64,000 nt of DNA, taken from NCBI GenBank assembly GCA_037146775.1, contig JBAWWL010000001.1:197464-261463 (forward strand). Reading direction: 5' to 3'. Source of the stretch: Candidatus Omnitrophota bacterium. GTDB lineage: Bacteria > Omnitrophota > Gorgyraeia > Duberdicusellales > 4484-171. The notes under the pieces are model-generated. The model was not told where the DNA came from. It saw only the letters and a program-made list of their open reading frames with translations, and did no database searches. Position 1 is the stretch's first letter. The number at the start of each line of letters is the position of its first letter. The position numbers and the translations under genes were made by a program. This document shows, piece after piece, positions 37,975-47,772 of this stretch.

Positions 37975-38178
37975 ATGTTTTCGACTGATCACGATAAAAT
38001 TTATCGGACTAAAGAGGTGCTAAAAATCGTAGGAATATCCCGGGCTACGCTTTATAACTGGTTTCGGGATGGGAAGATAAGGGAAGTGGCGCGGGATAGA
38101 AATGATTTTCGTATTTTTACCGAAAGTGATGTACAGGTAATCTTGTCGTATAAAAATATGGTGAAAGCGCCGGTATGA
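37975..38178 (+). CDS. small HTH DNA-binding protein (MerR/excisionase-like HTH_17)
   Basis: 67 aa. LKIVGISRATLYNWFRDGKI is a typical MerR-type HTH. Overlaps the PilZ gene start. Confidence 0.55.
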   Translation: MFSTDHDKIYRTKEVLKIVGISRATLYNWFRDGKIREVARDRNDFRIFTESDVQVILSYKNMVKAPV

Positions 38179-38540
38179 TATTTGGAAAAAAATATAGCGA
38201 GAGGCGGCAATACAAGAGAATTGATTGTTACTGTTTGATTCGCTATAGAGCGTTGAACAGCCAGGGTGCATACACGGAGAATCTTGCTTCAATACGTAAT
38301 ATCAGCGGCGGCGGTCTCCTGTTTAAATCACGGGAGTATTTACCGGTAGGAACGCAATTAGAAGTAAAAATAAATTTTGTAGCCCTGGAAAAACCAATTT
38401 TTGTTTTAGCAAGGGTAGTGCGTTTTGAGGCGAATAAAAAGAATGCGGGCAGCTATCGCATAGGGATTTTTTTTACTACTATTAAGGACCAGGATCGTAA
38501 AATCATAACTCAATTTACCGAGTCTGTGGAAGAGAGCTGA
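38175..38540 (+). CDS. PilZ-domain c-di-GMP-binding protein
   Basis: RxxxR (RRQYKR) and D/NxSxxG (NISGGGLLF) motifs. Confidence 0.65.
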   Translation: MIFGKKYSERRQYKRIDCYCLIRYRALNSQGAYTENLASIRNISGGGLLFKSREYLPVGTQLEVKINFVALEKPIFVLARVVRFEANKKNAGSYRIGIFFTTIKDQDRKIITQFTESVEES

Positions 38541-38541
38541 A

Positions 38542-40641
38542 ATGGCAGTTGCGGGCGACATAAAAAATAAGCTTGAACAGGAAATCAGAGTCACGTTGCG
38601 TGATTATTGGGAGATTTTTTATAAGCACCGTCTCGTTTTTTTGATAACTTTTGCGATAACATTGGCAATCGGTACTGTTGAGGTATTTTTTGTTATACCG
38701 CTGCGATATAAGGCGACAGCCGCCGTCATTGTTGCACCTCCCTCTGTCCAGTTAATATCACAGCGGCAAATGTTATTAAGGGAGAATTATGTTACCGCAG
38801 ATGAAGTTGAGCTGATGCGTAGCGGTGAGTTGATGCAAAAACTTGCGCTTTTTTTAAAAAATGACAAGGAATACGATTTGAATGTAAGCGCTAACGATCT
38901 TAAAAATATAATAGATATTTATCCGCGGCCGAGAACCGGCATTGTAGATATTGAGGCAAAGAGCGCATCTTCGCCTATCGAATGTTTTTATATAGTAAAA
39001 GGCTTACTTCAGGTATATCAAAAAGACGGGGAAGAACGTAGAGAGAATATAATCAAGCGTACCTATGATGACTTGAGCACTCAGCTGGGGCAGAAAAGAA
39101 AAGAATTGGAAGAGGCGGAACGCAAGCTCACCAAATTTGTTATTGACCATGAGATTATCGCCCGCGGTATCGAGGCTGGAGAGGAGGCCGTTAATCAAAA
39201 GGAAAGCGGCAAGACTACGCAGGAAAATGAATCAACAATAAATGCGAAATATTTAACTTTGAAATCTCAACGTATTGATGCGGAAAACTTTTTGAGCGAT
39301 GTAAAGAGGTATAGAAAAGATAGCGGCGATGTTGCGGCCTTGGTTTTTATCGCCAAAAAGGAACCCAGCCTGGTAGATTTGAAATTGCGCGATAAACTTT
39401 ACGAAGCAGAGCGAGAACTTTCTAAGCTTCTTCTTACTCAGAGCGAGCTGCATCCTGATGTTATCAAGGCAAAAGGCCAGTTAGATGAGGAGAATAAAAA
39501 AATAAGCATGGAGCTGGATAGGGCGGTGCAAAGCTTGGAAATAAGTATTGTTTCGGTGCGAGCGGAAGAGAATAAATTGCGCAATCTGATTAAGGATGGT
39601 TTAAGCGAGACGATGGTTGAGTATTCTGCGTTCAGGCGGGAAGTGGAAGTGAAAAAAAATATTTATGATAATTTTATTCAGGAGCTTCAACAGCTTGAAT
39701 TAATTTCGAAACTTTCCCGGGTGCCATTTTTAAAGATTCTACGCGCACCAACGCTTCCCGATGGCCCCACGAATCCCCGTTCTGTCTCGATGATTTTTTC
39801 TTTTTTCATGTCGCTTCTTTTTTCTGGGGGGCTAGTATTGCTGCTTGAGCATGTCAATGTCAGCTTAGAAAACGTAGAAGAAGTGGAAGACCTTTTGGGT
39901 TTGAGCGTTTTAGCTACTGTGCCCTTCTGGAAAGGGCACAGCCGCGAGGATGATGTGGTGCAGCCAGGGGGAAGGCATGTGCTTGGCCTTATCACGCTAC
40001 GCCATCCAAAGTCTATTATGAGCGAAGCGTTCCGAATGTTGCGCACAAATATTAAATTTGTCAGTGTTGATAAACAGATAAAGACGATTCTGATAACCAG
40101 CGTGCTTCCTAAAGAGGGAAAATCCATGGTTTCGGCGAATCTGGCAGCGATTATGGCCAGGGCCGGAGAAAGAGTGATAATTGTGGACGCAGATTTACGA
40201 AAACCAATGGTTCACCAGTATTTTGATATAGATAATGCAAAAGGATTAAGTACTCTCTTGGCAAGTAACGATTCTTTGGACGATATCGCTCTATGCGATA
40301 CGGAGATAGAAAACCTTAAAGTGTTACCTTCGGGTCCGATTCCTCCTAACCCGAATGAACTGTTGGCAACGTATCGGTTGGAAGCAATTTTGTCAAAGTT
40401 AAGCGAGCAGGCTGATTTGGTAATCGTCGACTCAACCCCAGTGTTGGCGGTGAGCGACAGTTTAATCGTAGCCGCTAAAACCGATGCAACGCTCTTGGTG
40501 CTTTTTGCCAGCAAAACTCCTAAGCGCGCCGCGCAGAGGACAGAACTTTTGCTCAAAAATTCAGGAGCAAAGATATTGGGCAGCGTCTTTAATGGTGTTC
40601 AAACCATAAAAGGCGGCTATTATTATAACTATAACTATTAG
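38542..40641 (+). CDS. polysaccharide co-polymerase / tyrosine autokinase (Wzc-like BY-kinase, fused)
   Basis: Two TM helices flank a coiled-coil periplasmic domain. Walker A PKEGKSMVSANLA, A' VDADLRKP and B LVIVDSTP. C-terminal Tyr cluster GGYYYNYNY. Confidence 0.8.
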   Translation: MAVAGDIKNKLEQEIRVTLRDYWEIFYKHRLVFLITFAITLAIGTVEVFFVIPLRYKATAAVIVAPPSVQLISQRQMLLRENYVTADEVELMRSGELMQKLALFLKNDKEYDLNVSANDLKNIIDIYPRPRTGIVDIEAKSASSPIECFYIVKGLLQVYQKDGEERRENIIKRTYDDLSTQLGQKRKELEEAERKLTKFVIDHEIIARGIEAGEEAVNQKESGKTTQENESTINAKYLTLKSQRIDAENFLSDVKRYRKDSGDVAALVFIAKKEPSLVDLKLRDKLYEAERELSKLLLTQSELHPDVIKAKGQLDEENKKISMELDRAVQSLEISIVSVRAEENKLRNLIKDGLSETMVEYSAFRREVEVKKNIYDNFIQELQQLELISKLSRVPFLKILRAPTLPDGPTNPRSVSMIFSFFMSLLFSGGLVLLLEHVNVSLENVEEVEDLLGLSVLATVPFWKGHSREDDVVQPGGRHVLGLITLRHPKSIMSEAFRMLRTNIKFVSVDKQIKTILITSVLPKEGKSMVSANLAAIMARAGERVIIVDADLRKPMVHQYFDIDNAKGLSTLLASNDSLDDIALCDTEIENLKVLPSGPIPPNPNELLATYRLEAILSKLSEQADLVIVDSTPVLAVSDSLIVAAKTDATLLVLFASKTPKRAAQRTELLLKNSGAKILGSVFNGVQTIKGGYYYNYNY

Positions 40642-40651
40642 TACTACGGTA

Positions 40652-41506
40652 ATGAAAAAAAACAGGGTGGATAATACTTGTAAGATACTAGCGCTGGCGG
40701 CTATGGTTTGTATGCTTGCTTGTGTTCATTTGCCTCAGCACAAAGTTTCTTCGATTGATACCGGCAAGGCCGCAAGTGCTAAAAAGGAAACAAAGGATGT
40801 TAAGGCAAAAGAGGTTGTCGAAGTGGAATTTGTGGCGGCTAAAGATCTCGATGAAGATTCGTGGGCGGCAGAGAACTATTTAGTTGAAATAGGCGATGTT
40901 TTGGAGATTTCGGTATGGCAGATCCAGGAGTTACAACGGGAAGTCGTGGTGCGGCCCGACGGAAAGATTTCGTTTCCGCTCATTGGAGATGTCGTGGCGG
41001 TAGGAAGGACTATTGACGAATTACGGCAGGATATTGTTGATAAAATTAAAATTTATATCAAGGTACCGCAGGTTTCTATCAATATCATAGAGTTTGGTGG
41101 TAAAAAGGTGGCGGTATTGGGAGAGGTGGGCAGTCCTGGCCTGGTAAGATTTAACGGTCCAACTACTTTGGCTGAAGCTCTCAGCTTGGCGGGAGATCTT
41201 ACCTACCAAGCCAATAAAGACAGGGTGTTTATTTTACGTACCATGCCCGGCGGTAAGCCGGTAGTAATTTATGCCAATGCCAACAAAATGCTGAAAGAAG
41301 GAGATTTGCAGGAGAACGTTTTTGTCCGTTCCGGCGACATCGTATATGTGCCCAGGTCTTTTATCCATGATTTTACCTATTTTATGGATAACGTATTTGC
41401 TAAAATCGTAGGTTACGGTGAGACGTACTATGGCGATACCTGGAAGCGATTCTATGGAGGCACTACCAAAACCTGGAAATACAAGAGCCAGATGACCCTT
41501 AGGTAA
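40652..41506 (+). CDS. polysaccharide export outer-membrane lipoprotein (Wza-like, Poly_export + SLBB)
   Basis: Lipobox MLAC. Poly_export motif region (GDVLEISVWQ...PDGKISFPLIGDVVAVGRTIDEL) followed by an SLBB domain. Confidence 0.8.
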   Translation: MKKNRVDNTCKILALAAMVCMLACVHLPQHKVSSIDTGKAASAKKETKDVKAKEVVEVEFVAAKDLDEDSWAAENYLVEIGDVLEISVWQIQELQREVVVRPDGKISFPLIGDVVAVGRTIDELRQDIVDKIKIYIKVPQVSINIIEFGGKKVAVLGEVGSPGLVRFNGPTTLAEALSLAGDLTYQANKDRVFILRTMPGGKPVVIYANANKMLKEGDLQENVFVRSGDIVYVPRSFIHDFTYFMDNVFAKIVGYGETYYGDTWKRFYGGTTKTWKYKSQMTLR

Positions 41507-41510
41507 TAGT

Positions 41511-43268
41511 ATGCTGCAGAAAATGAAAAGATTTATCGAAGGATTTAAACGCAAAAAGTTATTTTTTACTATCCCTTTTTTCTTCATTCTATTTATTGCT
41601 TTGATCGCTACCGTCATGAACAAACCGTATTATCGCGTAGTGACTACCATAAAGGTGGAAAATTCATTTGGCGTAGAGCTGTTGCAGCCAGAAATTATTT
41701 CTAAGGTATTGAGCAACACCGGTTTCTTGGACAGGAAAGACCCGGCGCGTTCAATCGCGTGGTTTAAAAGAATGGTGGCAGTAAACAAAGATACTTCTTC
41801 GGGGTTAATGGAGGTTTCTCTTACGGGTCACGATCAAACTATCCTCACACGCTTGACACGGGTATTGGCGCACGCGTATGTAGACGAGATTAATACAAGA
41901 AAAGAGCAGATGAGGCGCAGCGCGATACAGAAAAAAGAACAGGAATTGGAAGAATACAAAAATAATCTTAAGCATGAGCTGGCCGGTATTAAGAAAAAAT
42001 TGGAAGAGTACGAAGATCAGATGGAGAAGATCCGTGAGGAAGAAAAAGGAACTGCTTCAAAGAAGGAACCTCTGCGCGCGCAGTTGGCCGGAATGGAAAG
42101 CGAACGTGCTGATCTTTTACGTATTTACACCACTGCTCACCCAGATGTGATCCGACTTGACTCGGAAATCGCGCTCATAAAAGAAAAGATAAATACAATT
42201 CCCGAGGAACCATCGGGGAAGCTTAAGCTTGAACGAGAGCTGAAAGAATACCGGAGTTTATACGAAATTCTTCAGTCAAGATGGGATGAGGTCAGCCTCA
42301 AAAAAATAGACGATTTAAAGGATATCAAGGGTGGAGCGAGTATTATTTCTCCCGCTCAAGCGCCTTCGGCGCCGGCGGACATGATGATGAAGGAATTTAC
42401 GTTTTTGTTCGGCCTGATTATTGCGATAGTCGTGGGGCTATTTTCTGCTCTTACCGCGATATTTCTGGATACTTCGTTATTGACGGTGGAAGAATTTATT
42501 TTTTATACGCATCTTCCGGTTCTTGGTGCCATACCACTGGTCCGGGCATTTCAAAATAAACATATGCAAGGCAGCAGCAGTCTGCTCTTGGATTACGAGG
42601 GTAATAATGCGATAATAGAGCCGTATCGGATTCTGCTCTCGCACGTCCAGTCAACACTTTTTAACGAGCAGCTCAACGGTGTGTCCGTTTTGGTAACGAG
42701 TTCTGTAAGGGGGGAAGGTACTTCGACGACTGCCGCCAATCTTGCGTTGGTCATGGCACGCTCGGGCAAGCAGGTGTTATTGGTAGACGCGAACTTCTCT
42801 CACTCTTGCCTGCATCGGTTGTTTGGCATTGTGACGGTTATCCCCGGGTTTACCGATATCTTGCACCAGGGGGTCGCCTTGGATAGCGTTACTAAGGACG
42901 TAACCGATATAGTATTGGGGAAGGTTAGTTTAAATGCGGTGATCCAGTTTAAGGGGTTAGACCGCCTCAAGATTATTACCCGTGGTTCACCTCTTGCGGA
43001 TGCGAGCGGTTTATTACGCTCTGAGCGGATGGATGCGTTTTTAACCGAATTAAAATCAAAATTTGATTGTATCGTTTTTGATGGTCCGGCGATTATGGCC
43101 AGTGCTGACAGTGGGATTCTTGCTTCCAAGTGCGACGCTACCTTGCTTGTGTACGGCGCGGGCAAAACTCCCAAGGCGATGCTTAAAAATGCCGTGACTC
43201 GGTTGGAAGCTATCCAGAAAAAGAGGCAACTTCCGCTGAAAGGGGCGGTTCTCAACCAATGTATTTAG
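41511..43268 (+). CDS. Wzc-like chain-length determinant with a degenerate (probably inactive) kinase domain
   Basis: Same topology as Wzc. Walker A reads RGEGTSTTAANLA, so the Lys is replaced by Thr. The A' motif is degenerate (VDANFSHS) and there is no Tyr-rich tail. Confidence 0.6.
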   Translation: MLQKMKRFIEGFKRKKLFFTIPFFFILFIALIATVMNKPYYRVVTTIKVENSFGVELLQPEIISKVLSNTGFLDRKDPARSIAWFKRMVAVNKDTSSGLMEVSLTGHDQTILTRLTRVLAHAYVDEINTRKEQMRRSAIQKKEQELEEYKNNLKHELAGIKKKLEEYEDQMEKIREEEKGTASKKEPLRAQLAGMESERADLLRIYTTAHPDVIRLDSEIALIKEKINTIPEEPSGKLKLERELKEYRSLYEILQSRWDEVSLKKIDDLKDIKGGASIISPAQAPSAPADMMMKEFTFLFGLIIAIVVGLFSALTAIFLDTSLLTVEEFIFYTHLPVLGAIPLVRAFQNKHMQGSSSLLLDYEGNNAIIEPYRILLSHVQSTLFNEQLNGVSVLVTSSVRGEGTSTTAANLALVMARSGKQVLLVDANFSHSCLHRLFGIVTVIPGFTDILHQGVALDSVTKDVTDIVLGKVSLNAVIQFKGLDRLKIITRGSPLADASGLLRSERMDAFLTELKSKFDCIVFDGPAIMASADSGILASKCDATLLVYGAGKTPKAMLKNAVTRLEAIQKKRQLPLKGAVLNQCI

Positions 43269-44065
43269 CGTATTGGAAATTCAAAGAAAAACCGTTCGAG
43301 AATACGCCCGATCCTCGGTTTTTGTATAAATCAGCGAATCACGAGGAAGCATTAACAAGAATGAGTTATTGTATAGAAGAGCGCAAGGGGGCTGCGATGC
43401 TTACCGGAGAGTATGGATGCGGTAAAACCGTTTTGATCAGAACGCTTTTGAAAGAGCTTCTACGGGATGAATCGAAATACAAAGTAGCGCTCATTGTAAA
43501 TCCGTCTTTTTCGCCCAGTGATTTATTGAAAGAAATAATTTTTCAATTCGAAAATACTTTTTTAGCCGGCAGTAAATTGATGTTGATGCACCGGCTTAAT
43601 GATATTTTATTTCAGTGTATGAACGAAAGTAAAAAAACAGTTGTGATTGTTGATGAGGCCCAAGCCATACCCGATCATGCAATGTTTGAGGAGCTTCGGT
43701 TGCTTTTAAACTTTCAAAAGAACGACCAGTTTCTGCTTACGTTGCTCTTGGTCGGCCAGCCGGAATTATCCCAGCGGGTTGAGAGGCTGCCACAGCTGAA
43801 ACAGCGCCTTTCGATGGCTTATCATTTGAACAAACTGAATGAAAATGATATTTCTAAATATATCGATTACCGTTGTGCGGTTGCCGGCCGCAACGATATG
43901 ATTTTTAATGAACCGGCGATTAAATTTATCTCGGAAAAAACCAGCGGTATTCCCCGTAAAATTAACACGGTATGCGAATTATCACTTTTGCAGGGAATGT
44001 TTGAGAAGAAAACAATTATCGACGAAACTATAGTAGCAAAAGTAATAGAGGAGGGTTGGCTATGA
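43259..44065 (+). CDS. ExeA-like AAA ATPase (as in PEP-CTERM/EPS-locus secretion ATPases)
   Basis: Walker A TGEYGCGKT and Walker B VVIVDEAQ. Confidence 0.65.
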   Translation: MYLAYWKFKEKPFENTPDPRFLYKSANHEEALTRMSYCIEERKGAAMLTGEYGCGKTVLIRTLLKELLRDESKYKVALIVNPSFSPSDLLKEIIFQFENTFLAGSKLMLMHRLNDILFQCMNESKKTVVIVDEAQAIPDHAMFEELRLLLNFQKNDQFLLTLLLVGQPELSQRVERLPQLKQRLSMAYHLNKLNENDISKYIDYRCAVAGRNDMIFNEPAIKFISEKTSGIPRKINTVCELSLLQGMFEKKTIIDETIVAKVIEEGWL

Positions 44066-45069
44066 TACGCATGAGCGACATTATTAAAATGAATGCGGTA
44101 AACGAATCCGGCAGCGAGAAGAAAGTTCTATTGAAGGAAACACAAAAACAAGATATCCCTATTGTCGAGAAAGAATCGGAAATACAGAAACTGGAAGGTA
44201 TGAAATTGTACAATAGAGGCATTAACTTAATTGAAGATGTGCTCAATAAAGCCAGAGTTGAGGATGATTGCAGGCCTGGGCTTGTTGTTGATTTCGCGAA
44301 AATATTAGTAGAAAACGTACTTACCGAAGAAGATGAACAATCTTTGCGTTTCTATGAAATAGGTTCTCCCCAGGATTATCTTCCCAGCCATTCGTTTAAC
44401 GTAAGTTTTATGTCAACAAAAATCGGCATGTGGTACGGTTTGAATAAATCGCAGCTTACGGAGTTGTTCATGGCAAGTTTTCTGCACGACGTAGGTATGA
44501 TTAAAGTGGAAAGCATCGTGAGAAAAGAGCACAGTTTAAGTACTCAGGAACGCATGAGGGTCCAAAGACATCCTGAATACAGCGAACAAATGATACGCAA
44601 AATGGATTGTCTGGGCGAGGATGGTTTGAATGCGGTAAAAACGCATCATTGCAGGGGCCAGCGTGATATATTCTCTCAGATTATCAGTCTCGCGGATATT
44701 TATGAAGCGATAACACATCCGCGTGTGTATAAGCCGGCAAGATCCGCACATCAGGCAATAGGCGAAGTGATTGAGAAAGAAACGGAAAATTTTGAGCAAA
44801 ATATATTAAAAGCGTTTGTAAACAATATAGGAATTTATCCTGTCGGAAGCTGGGTGGCATTAAATACCGGTGAGACAGGAATGGTAATTGGGGCTAACAA
44901 AGGTTACCCTTTGAGGCCAAAAGTAAATATTATTTTTGATCGTGAGGGAGAACAGCTTAAAGAAAAAAAGATTTTAGACTTTTTGACGGAACCTTATTTT
45001 TATATAGAAGGGCCCTTTGATATCGCTGGTCAAGAGTGCTTGAAGACTGCGCAACAAGCGGGAAACTAA
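44062..45069 (+). CDS. HD-GYP-family domain protein with degenerate GYP motif
   Basis: HD (FLHDVGM) and the second metal-ligand region HHCRGQRD stand in place of HHExxDGxGYP. The C-terminal ADIYEAITHPRVYKPA matches the HD-GYP tail. The GYP triplet itself is absent at the canonical position. Confidence 0.55.
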   Translation: MIRMSDIIKMNAVNESGSEKKVLLKETQKQDIPIVEKESEIQKLEGMKLYNRGINLIEDVLNKARVEDDCRPGLVVDFAKILVENVLTEEDEQSLRFYEIGSPQDYLPSHSFNVSFMSTKIGMWYGLNKSQLTELFMASFLHDVGMIKVESIVRKEHSLSTQERMRVQRHPEYSEQMIRKMDCLGEDGLNAVKTHHCRGQRDIFSQIISLADIYEAITHPRVYKPARSAHQAIGEVIEKETENFEQNILKAFVNNIGIYPVGSWVALNTGETGMVIGANKGYPLRPKVNIIFDREGEQLKEKKILDFLTEPYFYIEGPFDIAGQECLKTAQQAGN

Positions 45070-45127
45070 GATTGTGTGTTCCGAAAACCGCCATTTTCAA
45101 TAATTGTTTTTCAGAAAAGGAGGAGTG

Positions 45128-45580
45128 ATGCGTAAGGAGGATACGGTAAGAAAAAGTTTATGCAACGGCCTGTTCGCAGCAGTGTGTGCGTTTCTGTTCT
45201 TTTTCCAGTCTGTAGTCGCCCAGGAAGCGTATCAGAGAGCGGGTAGCGCAAAAGAGAACGCGCAAGGCGGGTATGATTTTTACAGTAGTGTTGGCGGACA
45301 GAAGACAGGCTATTCGAAGAAAAACAGGTTCGATGGCTATGATTATTATGACGGCCGCGGCAATAGAATTGGGGTGCTCAAGAAAGATAAGAAAACACGA
45401 AATACCTATAGTTTTTACAACAACGAAGGCTTAAAGGCAGGTATTGTGGTTAAGCAGGTTACGGGTGTTTATTATTATAAGGATGCGAGAAGCGGAGGGG
45501 TAACCAGTATTGTTCCTCTCGTTAGGAATGATCCGGGAAGTTTGCCGCCTGAAATATTCCAGAGTTACCGCGGTCAATAG
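45128..45580 (+). CDS. hypothetical secreted protein
   Basis: RBS AAAAGGAGGA then ATG 45128. Signal peptide LFAAVCAFLFFFQSVVAQEA. Tyr/Gly-rich. Confidence 0.5.
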   Translation: MRKEDTVRKSLCNGLFAAVCAFLFFFQSVVAQEAYQRAGSAKENAQGGYDFYSSVGGQKTGYSKKNRFDGYDYYDGRGNRIGVLKKDKKTRNTYSFYNNEGLKAGIVVKQVTGVYYYKDARSGGVTSIVPLVRNDPGSLPPEIFQSYRGQ

Positions 45581-45627
45581 GAGGACGGGAATTCTGAACC
45601 AGAAGCGAGAAATATAAAATAATTATT

Positions 45628-46872
45628 ATGCGACTAAATGAGCAGGAACTAAAATACATAAGCGAACTTTTGACGATTACCACAAAGATGTTGAGCGCTT
45701 TTAATCTCAATAAGCTGCTCAATCAAATATTAGAGGCATCGCTTGAGCTTTTAGAGGCGGATGCCGGGTCTCTTATGTTAATAGAAGAAAGCGCTCAAAT
45801 GCTGAAGATAAGAGCGAGCCGCGGTATTGATGCTGCCATTGCCGAAAAAGTACATGTTAAAGTCGGCGAATATATTTCTGGCTGGGTAGCGAAAGAAGGA
45901 AAGCCGCTTTTATTGGTGGGCGGATTAAAACAAGATTCTCGTTTTCAGCACTTAGATGAAAATAAAAATATAAGATCATCCCTTTCGGTGCCATTAAAAG
46001 TAGAAAACAGGGTGATAGGCGTGTTGAATGTCAACAAAGTAAATTCTACAAAGGTATTTACTGAAGCCGATCTTACTTTGGCGTCATTGTTGGCAAACCA
46101 AGCCGCGATATCGATTTGGAACGTAAAATTATACGAAGAAGCCAAAAAGGCGCATGAGGAGTTTACGGCGGCTCAAAATCAGCTAATCGCGCGCGAAAAA
46201 ATGGCCGCTCTGGGCCAGTTTTCTGCAGGCATCGCTCACGAGATTAATAATCCGCTAACCGCGATTATAGGCAATGCGCAGTATCTTATGGATATTGTAC
46301 CCGTAGACAGTTTTGGCCGCGAAGAGATCATGGAGATCAAGGAAGCGGCTGAGCTCGCTTCAAGAATTATTGCCAGGCTTTTTAATTATTGTTCTCCTCA
46401 GGAATACAAACAAGAACTGGTAGGCGTGAATGAGATTATTACTAAGATAACCGATTTGGTGAAGATACAATTTGAAAAGCAAGGCATAACGGTTGTGCTG
46501 CGCCTAAGTGAGCAGCTTTCTCTGGTTACGATGAACCCCGACGAATTAAAAGAAGTTCTTTTAAATATCATTTTGAACGCTAAACAGGCAATGCCTTCCG
46601 GCGGTAATTTCACCATAGAAACTAAAAATATTGAATCAACGCAACAGGTTGAAATTGTTTTAGTCGACACAGGGTGCGGAATACCTGAGAGTATTATAGG
46701 CAAAATTTTTGACCCATTTTTCACGACGCGCCGGCCTAATGGAGCTGGTTTAGGGCTTGCAATCTGCCAGCGTATTATTATCAATAATAAAGGCGCTATT
46801 AATGTGGCATCACAGCCAGGCAAGGGGACTGTTTTTACCGTGCGGCTGCCTTATGGTGTATCGCGCACATGA
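45628..46872 (+). CDS. sensor histidine kinase with N-terminal GAF domain
   Basis: GAF-like N-terminus. H-box FSAGIAHEINNPL and a HATPase_c domain with N/G boxes (LNIILNAKQAM, DTGCGIPE, GAGLGLAICQ). Confidence 0.8.
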   Translation: MRLNEQELKYISELLTITTKMLSAFNLNKLLNQILEASLELLEADAGSLMLIEESAQMLKIRASRGIDAAIAEKVHVKVGEYISGWVAKEGKPLLLVGGLKQDSRFQHLDENKNIRSSLSVPLKVENRVIGVLNVNKVNSTKVFTEADLTLASLLANQAAISIWNVKLYEEAKKAHEEFTAAQNQLIAREKMAALGQFSAGIAHEINNPLTAIIGNAQYLMDIVPVDSFGREEIMEIKEAAELASRIIARLFNYCSPQEYKQELVGVNEIITKITDLVKIQFEKQGITVVLRLSEQLSLVTMNPDELKEVLLNIILNAKQAMPSGGNFTIETKNIESTQQVEIVLVDTGCGIPESIIGKIFDPFFTTRRPNGAGLGLAICQRIIINNKGAINVASQPGKGTVFTVRLPYGVSRT

Positions 46873-46896
46873 TGCGATGTTGCAGGAAATAATAAG

Positions 46897-47751
46897 ATGG
46901 CAAAACCGGTTATTTTAATTATTGATGACGAAGCCGCGATCCGCAGGCTCTTGCTAAAGGTTTTAGCCAGGGAAGGATATGAAGTCTTGACCGCCGCAAG
47001 CGGAGAAGAGGCTTTGAAAATGGTTGCCGAACGGCCGGTCGATTTAGCTATCGTTGATATGAAAATGCCCGGTTTAAACGGAATAGAAACGATACGGCAA
47101 ATAAAAAATATTCACACGGGAATCAACTTTGTCATTATTACCGCTTTCGGCGATATGGCATCCGTCAGAGAGGCGGCACAGCTCGATGTATTCGACTATG
47201 TTTCCAAGCCGTTTGATTTGGATTACATAAGGCACCTAGTGCGTTATGTAATAGGCGGAATTAGGCCGCGTACTCTTCCCTATGCCGAATATATGGGCCA
47301 GGTTTTAAGCGGAGAGATGAGCTTGGATGAGGTGAATAAGAAAAAAATTGATTCGTTGAAGGAAGATATCAATCGGCGCTCGCGCGTGCTTCGCCATACC
47401 CAGGAATATGCCGGATATACCAGCCAATACTATCGAGAGAGTTCGCATAAAAATAGATTTCTGCATAAAGCGAAAAAAGTCGTTACAAACTTTTATTTTA
47501 TTATTATCGCGTGCGGTATTATCGTGGGCGTTATATTCAATTATATCTATGCCCAAATTTCTAGCAAAAATATTTATCAGTCGGCTACGCGCGAAAAACG
47601 TGTTACGATCTATGATTTTTTGCAGGCATTAAACGAATTAAAATACTGGATGCAAAAGCATACCGAGCAGGGTATGCGTTCGGAACGAGACGCGATACGC
47701 GTGCCGGAATATCCGCAACAAGGTACGCCAGAAGAAACAAATGCGGAATGA
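46897..47751 (+). CDS. response regulator receiver protein with uncharacterised C-terminal region containing a TM helix
   Basis: REC domain with phospho-acceptor Asp in DLAIVDMKMPGLNG. No recognisable DNA-binding output domain. C-terminal hydrophobic helix FYFIIIACGIIVGVIF. Confidence 0.7.
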   Translation: MAKPVILIIDDEAAIRRLLLKVLAREGYEVLTAASGEEALKMVAERPVDLAIVDMKMPGLNGIETIRQIKNIHTGINFVIITAFGDMASVREAAQLDVFDYVSKPFDLDYIRHLVRYVIGGIRPRTLPYAEYMGQVLSGEMSLDEVNKKKIDSLKEDINRRSRVLRHTQEYAGYTSQYYRESSHKNRFLHKAKKVVTNFYFIIIACGIIVGVIFNYIYAQISSKNIYQSATREKRVTIYDFLQALNELKYWMQKHTEQGMRSERDAIRVPEYPQQGTPEETNAE

Positions 47752-47772
47752 AACCGAATTAGGGAGAGTGTA

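Noticed and set aside
44062-45069. GYP triplet near the C-terminus of the HD protein (GANKGYPLRP), which could rescue an HD-GYP assignment
   Set aside because: It lies about 90 residues after the HH motif, not in the canonical HHExxDGxGYP position, so it is treated as coincidental. The protein is called degenerate HD-GYP-like.
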